Part shown: in pieces, positions 27,437 to 34,521 of the stretch
How positions within the stretch are numbered: position 1 is the first letter of the stretch
Layout of the letters: every line of letters starts with the position of its first letter
Origin: Deltaproteobacteria bacterium
Lineage (GTDB): Bacteria; Desulfobacterota; Dissulfuribacteria; Dissulfuribacterales; QOAL01
NCBI GenBank assembly: GCA_027025395.1
Contig: JALVQQ010000187.1
Location: 1 to 34,521, forward strand
Direction of reading: 5' to 3'
Length of the DNA: 34,521 nucleotides
Notes under the pieces: generated by a model
Database searches by the model: none
What the model saw: the letters and a program-made list of their open reading frames with translations, nothing else
What the model was told of the DNA's origin: nothing
Position numbers and translations under genes: made by a program

Positions 27437-27691
27437 AAGTACAGGCCCGCCTAACCATGCGAGCAGCCGACCTGCCTTCGGCGGCTGGTAAGCGGCGCGG
27501 AATTTGCAGATTGTGGCTATAATCAAACTGTCTCGGACTGCAAATCCGGCGGGCGGCTGACGCCAACGATGTATCGTGCTTTTGCAAAACCAACACCGCG
27601 TATGCGGCATCCACCAGTAAACAGTGAGAAATTTTACCCTGGCTTGTTAATGAGTCCTGCCTGTGTTAAGCCATGTTGCAGGAGAGATTCA

Positions 27692-28228
27692 ATGGACAAT
27701 AGAGATTCAATTAACAATCCTGTTCTGAAAGCAATCTTTTCAAGAAGAAGCGTAAGGGAATTCGAGGAGGCCGCAATAGAGCCCGCTCTTGTAAGGAAGG
27801 TGCTCGAGGCCGGTATCTGGGCGCCCTCCGGACTTAACAATCAGCCTTGGCGGTTTGCCGTGGTGACAGACCCTGAAATGATTGGACGCTTTGAGCCGCT
27901 GACACGCTACGGCAGGATAGTGCGTTCAAGCCGCGTACTTATTCCTGTTTTCGTTGACAGGGACGCCATGTATCATGAGGTAAAGGATCATCAGGCCGTT
28001 GGGGCCTGCATGGAAAACATGCTGCTTGCTGCTCACAGCCTTGGCCTTGGGGCCGTATGGCTTGGTGAGATATTAAAAAGCGGTCCCGCGATACGCAAGC
28101 TGCTGGGGCTGGGAGATAATCTGGAACTTATGGCAGTAGTTGCCATGGGCTGGCCTGTAAATAAGAAACGTTCTTCCACCAGGAAATCCCTTGAGGAGCT
28201 GATTGTTTATACGGACTGTGAGCTATGA
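27692..28228 (+). CDS. nitroreductase family protein
   Basis: ORF 27569..28228. ATG 27692 is preceded by GGAGAG. RRSVREF and APSGLNNQPWRF motifs are typical of the NADH oxidase/flavin reductase nitroreductase fold. Confidence 0.85.
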   Translation: MDNRDSINNPVLKAIFSRRSVREFEEAAIEPALVRKVLEAGIWAPSGLNNQPWRFAVVTDPEMIGRFEPLTRYGRIVRSSRVLIPVFVDRDAMYHEVKDHQAVGACMENMLLAAHSLGLGAVWLGEILKSGPAIRKLLGLGDNLELMAVVAMGWPVNKKRSSTRKSLEELIVYTDCEL

Positions 28229-28728
28229 CAAAAAAACTTTTTTTGCTGATTGCGTATGTTTCCGTTGTGATGATGTCCGCCTGTACCCATACCGCAACTA
28301 CCCGCGGTGTTTATGATGGGCAGGCAAATCCTGATACGGCAGCCGTTCCGGGTGATTCCGACGGGACGGATGACCGCGCGCTGCCAGCTGAATCCGTCAG
28401 GGAAAACCGTGTATTTATCTTTCCTCACCTGCCTGTTCCGGTGGAACTTGAAAAAGTCGGCTCTGACACCGTGGTTTTTACAACAACCGAGTTTCACGGG
28501 GGACTTTTTACCCTGAAGGGCAGGATTTCTCAGGACAGCATCATGAACTTCTTTCTTAACCGGCTTCCTGAAGAAGGGTGGAGGCTTGCCGGACGCCTCG
28601 AATCGCAGACCTGCTATATGGCGTTTATAAATTCTTCCGGAGGTTCATGCCTGATTCAAATTTCCAGGGAGACCATGGGATTCAGTACCGAGGTGAGAAT
28701 ATATGTAACTGAAGGGCAGATCAGGTAA
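28225..28728 (+). CDS. hypothetical lipoprotein
   Basis: 167-aa ORF with the signal/lipobox VVMMSAC. Its start overlaps the nitroreductase stop (ATGA), and its stop abuts the coaBC start. Confidence 0.6.
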   Translation: MTKKLFLLIAYVSVVMMSACTHTATTRGVYDGQANPDTAAVPGDSDGTDDRALPAESVRENRVFIFPHLPVPVELEKVGSDTVVFTTTEFHGGLFTLKGRISQDSIMNFFLNRLPEEGWRLAGRLESQTCYMAFINSSGGSCLIQISRETMGFSTEVRIYVTEGQIR

Positions 28729-29970
28729 ATGCTGTCAGACAATAAAAAGATTGCCTCCGGGGTACCATCATATTTCCCGCTTGAGGGACGTACCATCATA
28801 CTGGGGGTAAGTGGCGGCATTGCAGCCTACAAGGCCGCGGGTTACGCAAGGGAGCTTGGCAGGCTGGGCGCAAGGATCATACCTGTCATGACCCGTAATG
28901 CGGAAAATTTTATCACGCCCCTGACATTTGCCGCCCTGACCGGGGAAAAAGTTCACACCCGCACCTTTGACATGGAGGATGCCCACGAGATTCCTCACAT
29001 ATCCCTGGCGCGGGAAGCTGATCTCATGCTATTTATGCCTGCCACAGCCAATATCATCGCAAAGGCTGCCGCGGGAATTGCAGACGATCTTTTGTCAACA
29101 CTTTATCTTGCCTATTCAGGCCCTGCAGTTTTCTGCCCTGCAATGAATCCCGTGATGTATCAGCATTTTGCTACCCGTAACAATCTTGACATACTTAGGA
29201 AACGAGGACACATGGTGGCAGATGCGGAACAGGGCGATACCGCATGCGGAGAAAGGGGGCCAGGCCGTCTTGCCTCCTGGGAGCATATCAGGGAGACGGT
29301 AATCAGAAGTCTGACATTGCAGAACCTGCAGGGAATGAAGGTGCTTGTAACCGCCGGCCCTACGCGCGAGCGCGTTGACCCTGTACGATTCGTGTCAAAC
29401 CGCTCCTCAGGGCGCATGGGTTACGCCGTGGCTGCGGAAGCCTGGAGAAGGGGGGCTTGTGTTACCCTGGTGACAGGGCCGTGTTCCATCTCCCCGCCCA
29501 AAGGCGTCAGAACCATACTCGTTGAATCGGCTGCCGATATGGCCAGGGCGGTTCAATCAGAGGCGGAAACAGCCGATATCGTCATAATGGCTGCGGCGGT
29601 AGCCGACTATACACCTGAATCTGTCCAGGAAACCAAGATAAAAAAAAGTTCGGAACAACTTGTGCTTGTACTCAAACGCACCCATGATATCCTGGCTGGA
29701 CTTTTGCAGAACCGGCGGCAAGGGCAGGTGATCGTAGGCTTTTGTGCTGAAACCGGGAATCTGAAGGAACGAGCCCTTGAAAAAATCAGGAAAAAACCTG
29801 TTGACCTTCTGGTGGCAAACGATGTTTCTGAGCCAGGCTCCGGATTTGACGTGGAGACCAACAGGGTTCTGCTGCTGGATCGTGACCACAATGTGCAACG
29901 GCTCCCCCTTCTTGCAAAGGAAGAGGTAGCGGTACGGATCGTGGACAGAGTGAGTGCATTGCTGGATTGA
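28729..29970 (+). CDS. coaBC: bifunctional phosphopantothenoylcysteine decarboxylase / phosphopantothenate--cysteine ligase
   Basis: 413-aa ORF. N-terminal flavoprotein motif GVSGGIAAYKA, and the ligase motif TAGPTRERVDPVRFVSNRSSGRMG. Confidence 0.9.
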   Translation: MLSDNKKIASGVPSYFPLEGRTIILGVSGGIAAYKAAGYARELGRLGARIIPVMTRNAENFITPLTFAALTGEKVHTRTFDMEDAHEIPHISLAREADLMLFMPATANIIAKAAAGIADDLLSTLYLAYSGPAVFCPAMNPVMYQHFATRNNLDILRKRGHMVADAEQGDTACGERGPGRLASWEHIRETVIRSLTLQNLQGMKVLVTAGPTRERVDPVRFVSNRSSGRMGYAVAAEAWRRGACVTLVTGPCSISPPKGVRTILVESAADMARAVQSEAETADIVIMAAAVADYTPESVQETKIKKSSEQLVLVLKRTHDILAGLLQNRRQGQVIVGFCAETGNLKERALEKIRKKPVDLLVANDVSEPGSGFDVETNRVLLLDRDHNVQRLPLLAKEEVAVRIVDRVSALLD

Positions 29971-30009
29971 CACCTTTTCCCTTGTCTGTTATTCAAAAAT
30001 ACTGTTTGT

Positions 30010-30097
30010 GCCGGAGTGGTGGAACTGGTAGACGCGCTGGACTCAAAATCCAGTGGCTCTTGCAGCCGTGCGAGTTCGATTCTCGCCTCCGGCACCA
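30010..30097 (+). tRNA. tRNA-Leu (anticodon CAA), CCA encoded
   Basis: Hand-folded cloverleaf. Acceptor GCCGGAG/CTCCGGC, D arm GTG/CGC, anticodon stem CTGGA/TCCAG with loop CTCAAAA. Long variable arm GGCT/AGCC, T arm GCGAG-TTCGATT-CTCGC, then ACCA. Confidence 0.9.
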
Positions 30098-30326
30098 TAT
30101 TTACTGTCCAATCCGGCCATCACGGTTCCTTTAAAAGCGTACGTGCCGCATCCATCGCTTTAACACCTGCTCCGACAATTTGAAACAACTGGTCTTGAAT
30201 GGCCTGGGCCTCACATTACCCGCAAGTTTTTCTCTCAAAGAGAGACGTCTTGCATAATCATAAATGTCCGTGCTTAATGTTTGAGGCATCTACCCATATT
30301 CTCAACCCGTAACAGGTATATTTTTC

Positions 30327-31364
30327 ATGTACATAGAACGAAGCAATTTCCTGCCAGGGCTGCATGTGCTCAGGGGGCTTGCCGCTGTGTCAACAGTCCT
30401 TTTTCATCTGCATCTGATGCGGCCTGTATTCAAGGTGAAATATCTGCACTTTGTCAATACACTGGGGGCAGGGGTAACGCTGTTTTTCATGATTAGCTGC
30501 TTTTCCCTGTTTCACTCCACTCTACCCAAGCTGAACCGAAACAACTGGCTGGCAGGTTTTGTCCTGAGACGATTATTCCGCATCTATCCGCTGTTTCTGT
30601 TCATGCTGGCCGTGCATCTGGCACTCCATTTCATGATCTATCACAAGATATACTCACCAGGGGAAGTGCTGTTAAATATGCTTCTCATGTACCAGTTTTA
30701 TCCAGGCGCACATGAAAGCATTATATGGGCGGGCTGGACCATAGGCGTAGAGGTAACCTTTTACTGCCTGTTTCCCCTGCTGCTGGCCATCTCAAGAAAA
30801 TTTTCCTTCTGGCTGGTGCTTTTCCTGGTGACCATGGCGCTTTCCCAGGCAATTCCCGAAGTTATTTCATCCCTTAATCTTAACGACTCGTACGCTTACA
30901 TGAGCTTTCCCAGGCAGCTGTTCGTATTTATTGAAGGGGGAGTGGTTTACCTGCTTGCCAGGATGTATCCGGACAAAACCCTGTTCGGTCTTGCAGCGCT
31001 CGGGGTCAGCATTGTAATTATCTATTTTGCAGGGACACTGACCGCAAAAGTGCTTTTCATCGGTAGCCTTGTATATACCTTCCATAAAAGCCCGTTGCTA
31101 TTCAACCCGTTTACCAGGTTTCTGGGTGAGGCAAGCTACACCATCTACCTGGTACATCCCGTGGTAGTGGCAGCGTTGAAACCCTGGCTTAAAAGGCTAT
31201 ACGGACTGGGCCTGCCGGATGATCTCAGCTTTATCATCAGTTTTGTCATTGTTTTTTCAGTTGTATGCGTGATATCATCCTTAATAAACAGATTCATGGA
31301 GATACCTGTCTACCGGTTCGGAGTAAAGATCGCTGAAAGAGCTGAATCAGCTCCGCTGAGTTAA
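30327..31364 (+). CDS. acyltransferase family 3 (OafA/YrhL-like) membrane protein
   Basis: 345-aa polytopic ORF. The N-terminal GLHVLRGLAAVSTVLFH and later WTIGVEVTFYCLFPLL motifs are typical of acyltransferase_3. Confidence 0.8.
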   Translation: MYIERSNFLPGLHVLRGLAAVSTVLFHLHLMRPVFKVKYLHFVNTLGAGVTLFFMISCFSLFHSTLPKLNRNNWLAGFVLRRLFRIYPLFLFMLAVHLALHFMIYHKIYSPGEVLLNMLLMYQFYPGAHESIIWAGWTIGVEVTFYCLFPLLLAISRKFSFWLVLFLVTMALSQAIPEVISSLNLNDSYAYMSFPRQLFVFIEGGVVYLLARMYPDKTLFGLAALGVSIVIIYFAGTLTAKVLFIGSLVYTFHKSPLLFNPFTRFLGEASYTIYLVHPVVVAALKPWLKRLYGLGLPDDLSFIISFVIVFSVVCVISSLINRFMEIPVYRFGVKIAERAESAPLS

Positions 31365-31402
31365 GGAAGGGAAAAGGCAAGATTCCGCCAGGAGGTTCAT
31401 AA

Positions 31403-31876
31403 ATGTCTTTTTCAGTCACTTCACCCGCATTTTCCTATGGAGAGAAGATTCCCAGGATTTATACCTGTCAGGGAATGGACATCTCGCCACCTCTTGAGTG
31501 GTCAGGCGTACCAGCCGGAACAAAATCGCTTGCCCTTACGGTCTTTGATCCTGATGCGCCAGACCCGGCCCGTCCCCGCATGACCTGGGTGCACTGGGTA
31601 CTTTACAACATACCGCCTGAAACAGAAAAGCTGCCACAGGGAGTCAGAACCGGCAATTTGCCGTCCGGCACAAAACAGGGCCTTAACAGCTGGGGAAGGA
31701 CAGGATATGGAGGGCCATGTCCTCCCATTGGAATCCACAGGTACTTTTTCAGGCTGGACGCCCTTGATACGGTAATCAGGGACCTGACGCGCCCGACAAT
31801 GGAGGCACTTGCCACCGCCATAAAGGGACACGTACTGGCAGATGCGGTACTTATGGGCAGGTACGAAAAGATATAG
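31403..31876 (+). CDS. YbhB/YbcL family Raf-kinase-inhibitor-like (PEBP) protein
   Basis: 157-aa ORF with DPDAPDP, HWVLYNIP and GYGGPCPPIGIHRYFF motifs. Confidence 0.85.
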   Translation: MSFSVTSPAFSYGEKIPRIYTCQGMDISPPLEWSGVPAGTKSLALTVFDPDAPDPARPRMTWVHWVLYNIPPETEKLPQGVRTGNLPSGTKQGLNSWGRTGYGGPCPPIGIHRYFFRLDALDTVIRDLTRPTMEALATAIKGHVLADAVLMGRYEKI

Positions 31877-32524
31877 TCCTGATAGCGTGGACGTACTCAC
31901 TCAGGCTGGAGTCAGCTTTCAGAAAATGGCTGCCAATCGCCTGGCTAACAGGTATCAACGGGCCGGATCACATTCTTGTCAGCGGAGTAATGGATATTTT
32001 GACACAGTCCATCTCCATTTCCATCCGACCTATCCGTCAGCAAAGCTCTGTTACGGGTTTTCATTTTCTTGATCTGCCTCCTTTCTGCAATGGGTGAAGA
32101 CGCCAGGCAACCCTTCCAACAATTTCTTTATCCATTGTCTGATCCGGGTCCCGTCTGCCTTGCGATCAACGAAAATCCGGGCAGCGGTCATATCCTCTCT
32201 ACAGTTTCAAGCGCAGTCCTGGTCTGAAATGCCACATGGAGTAATGTTTCCCTCCAAAAGCTCGGCATGAATCCTGAGCACACCATGAAGCACTGTCCGG
32301 GGTTACAGGGGAATCGTGCTGCATGCGGCCTGGACAAGACAACTTCGATTTTGGTATTATCCATGACTGTTCGGTCCGCAGGCATGCCTGAGGCGCGGTA
32401 TAGAGGGCATGCTGAAGCGCCGCGGCACTTCAAATATGCGGTTTCAGGCTGGAGCAAAGATAATGCCTGAAGTTGACACGGTACGGGACTCCGTGGAGAT
32501 TCGGGCAGAAAGGTGGAAAAGATC

Positions 32525-32968
32525 ATGAACAGAATATGTTTTCCGGCAGTACTCATTGCAGTTCTGGCCACTATTTCGTTGCAGGGCTGTTCTTTTTCGG
32601 ATTCATCCAAATCTTTTTCAAAATCTTCATCCTCACCCTTCCGTTCAAGTTCCGGCGGTGATATCGCAGAGGCAAAACGGATGAGCTATATGAATGAAGT
32701 TGCGGTATTTACCGACAGTCTTGTAAAGACGAGGGTTACTTCGGATGATTTCATGCGAGGTATATCCAGAATTGCGGAACGATACGGCATTACCGACTGG
32801 GAATTTTACAAATATACCTACATTGCCATAGGCATGGGGCTTAAACATGCCGGCATCCCGGAGAATTCGATTGATACACTGCCTATACTTGAGCAAATGA
32901 CAGGGCCGCGTTACGGCATGAAAAAGTATATCATTGATGGTTACCGCTCCGTGAACATAAAGAAATGA
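32525..32968 (+). CDS. hypothetical lipoprotein with Ser-rich linker
   Basis: ORF 32513..32968. ATG 32525 has AGGTGG 8 nt upstream. Signal/lipobox ISLQGC is followed by a low-complexity S/K-rich linker and a ~100-aa globular part. Confidence 0.6.
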   Translation: MNRICFPAVLIAVLATISLQGCSFSDSSKSFSKSSSSPFRSSSGGDIAEAKRMSYMNEVAVFTDSLVKTRVTSDDFMRGISRIAERYGITDWEFYKYTYIAIGMGLKHAGIPENSIDTLPILEQMTGPRYGMKKYIIDGYRSVNIKK

Positions 32969-33059
32969 CCGGGGGCCACTCAGAAGGCCGGTTGCGGGCA
33001 ACATGAGTTTCCCCGGTGCCGGCGCCATCATGAGTTGAGCAATGGCTGAAAGTTGCCGC

Positions 33060-34521
33060 ATGATCCGTCTTTTGGTTTTATCTTTTCTGTGCGCCATTGC
33101 TATGGCCGTGTCTGTATGGGCATGGCCGCATTCCATTGCCCGGGCCGGGCCGTCATTCATTTCTGTCATTTATGTAGAATCAAATACAGGGGACTCCAGT
33201 GGCGGTCATGCCGCAGTCAGGATTGGAGATGACTGTTTTCATTTCCAGCATTCGCCCGAAGGTCTTGTCCTTCTTGAAAAAGAAGGGTGGGAAGATTTCC
33301 GGTTCTATTATAATGACCTTGGCAACAGGGATATTTACCTGGCAGAGATTGCCCTGCAACCAGGGGAAGCAATGGCTATCTGGCAGGAGTTTATGAGGCT
33401 CAGGCTGTGCCAGGAGCAGCAGGCGGCAAAAGTGAGGGATCTTGAAGGTTATTCCAGGCTTGCGGCAAAACTGCTGAACGGATCAGGCCGGATTCCGGTA
33501 AGGGGGGCCGGATTGTTTTCTGAAAGGCGAAGCCCTTTCACCGGTTCCATCATGGGAGAAATTTCCCGGCGGTACGGAAAAGGCTTTCTTGCCGTGCAGA
33601 AGGCGTCTCTCCTGAAGGATATTGTAGAAATGCACGCGGAAGCCTCGCACAAGGCCCCTGACCTGGCTGAGATGCTTGCGGCGCTTCAGGACAGATTTGA
33701 GCTTTTGACCGCTCTTGATGTCCTTGAAAATGGATATGATCTCGCCATGTCCGCACTGTCCGATCCGGAAGATGAGGCGATCCCGAGGCTTTCGCCTGAT
33801 GAAGCAGGTTCGGTCAAGCGGTGGAAGGATTTTTTTCTCAATTCAGTTGTGTCCATGCTCTCATCTCCAAGAAGCGACCGCGGCTTTCCCATCATGCTCG
33901 CCACTGCGCGTTTCCTCTGTGCATGCAAGAGCCTTGAGACCGGAAGGCTTTTGCTTCTCAAACCTGCTCCGGTGCCTGGCCAGGAGATTGATATAGCCGA
34001 GGCTGGCGGCCTTGCGGTGGTGCGGGAGCTTTACAGGGTAAAGCGGCAGGAACTGAAAAGGGCGGCGCAGACGGTTCTGAGGGTCGATGTCCGGGAGGAG
34101 CCTGCCTGGAATATGCTCGAAAACATTGCCGCCCAGGCCAATGAACTTTCTGCCGCTGCCGGTGGGCATCGGGTAATCAGTAATTATTCAGGCAGCTCCA
34201 TCCCTGAAGCAGCTGCTAATGTAATTCTGGATGCGGCAGCAGGGGCAGCTGTGCCCCGTAATGCGGTTTCCATTATTCAAGGAATGAAGACCGAGCTTCG
34301 AGATGCCATGAAGGAGAGATGGAGCTACAGTCTTGTTGCCAGAAACTGTGTTACAGAGCTTTTCAGGGTGATAGCAAGGGGCCTTGCGAGATATGAGGCC
34401 GTGGCCGAAGCGCAAGGCCAAAAAGACGGCATCGGTGCCAGGTTGCGGCTGCATTCCACTGATTTTGATTCCTTTTCATTTGTTCCCTGGATTATGTTTC
34501 GCCAGGCATGTTCAAGACTGC
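33060..34521 (+). CDS. secreted protein, possibly DUF4105-like, partial (runs off the 3' end; not in the supplied ORF track)
   Basis: I translated this frame by hand. It is open from the stop at 33036-33038 to the window end, about 487 codons. In-frame ATGs lie at 33042 and 33060. Signal peptide MIRLLVLSFLCAIAMAVSVWA. GGHAAVRIGDDCFHFQ near the N-terminus and WSYSLVARNCVTELF later resemble DUF4105-type motifs. Confidence 0.6.
   Translation, partial: MIRLLVLSFLCAIAMAVSVWAWPHSIARAGPSFISVIYVESNTGDSSGGHAAVRIGDDCFHFQHSPEGLVLLEKEGWEDFRFYYNDLGNRDIYLAEIALQPGEAMAIWQEFMRLRLCQEQQAAKVRDLEGYSRLAAKLLNGSGRIPVRGAGLFSERRSPFTGSIMGEISRRYGKGFLAVQKASLLKDIVEMHAEASHKAPDLAEMLAALQDRFELLTALDVLENGYDLAMSALSDPEDEAIPRLSPDEAGSVKRWKDFFLNSVVSMLSSPRSDRGFPIMLATARFLCACKSLETGRLLLLKPAPVPGQEIDIAEAGGLAVVRELYRVKRQELKRAAQTVLRVDVREEPAWNMLENIAAQANELSAAAGGHRVISNYSGSSIPEAAANVILDAAAGAAVPRNAVSIIQGMKTELRDAMKERWSYSLVARNCVTELFRVIARGLARYEAVAEAQGQKDGIGARLRLHSTDFDSFSFVPWIMFRQACSRL

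Noticed and set aside
30010-32512. tRNA-Leu as an integration site for a downstream island (acyltransferase-3, PEBP, long gap)
   Set aside because: There is no integrase, and I found no direct repeat of the tRNA 3' end downstream. The only match is a 7-nt TTCGATT near 32345, which is expected by chance.
32188-33169. 140-aa (32188-32610) and 174-aa (32645-33169) minus ORFs
   Set aside because: They overlap the RBS-supported lipoprotein gene and the start of the long 33060+ ORF on the opposite strand. Their compositions are implausible.

Overview
This 34.5-kb window looks like an ordinary chromosomal segment, and I found no convincing large multi-gene novel system. Gene content and codon usage suggest a Desulfobacterota/deltaproteobacterium-like anaerobe, but that is a low-confidence inference I cannot verify without a search.

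Most of the window is densely packed housekeeping genes on both strands:
- Carbohydrate and biosynthesis: glgX, a type I-beta DAHP synthase, coaBC.
- Translation and RNA modification: trpS, rpsU, queH, a TtcA-like PP-loop ATPase, mnmG, tRNA-Leu(CAA), and a DHH-CBS-nucleotidyltransferase fusion.
- Cell envelope and division: scpA, mltG, a LysM/YkuD L,D-transpeptidase, an M50 protease, and several lipoproteins.
- Other: mazG, a universal stress protein, a nitroreductase, an acyltransferase-3 protein, and a PEBP/YbhB protein.

Observations worth a second look:
1. A ~2.2-kb accessory islet lies between mnmG and the nitroreductase gene. It holds a heptad-repeat membrane protein built on a diverged 21-bp tandem repeat, plus an RHH-antitoxin/Doc-toxin pair with visibly different Leu codon usage.
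2. The Doc gene carries an in-frame TAA at codon 8 of its ancestral frame.
3. A compact, translationally coupled DUF2905-Rieske-cytochrome b6/subunit-IV-like module has no adjacent c-type cytochrome and a GPWF variant of the PEWY Qo motif.
4. Three long unexplained gaps sit at about 10.2-10.5 kb, 20.5-21.1 kb and 31.9-32.5 kb. The second contains a protein-like minus-strand frame interrupted by a single TAG.
5. A long ORF runs off the 3' end of the window and is missing from the supplied ORF track.

All family assignments come from motifs read by eye. No database search was run.
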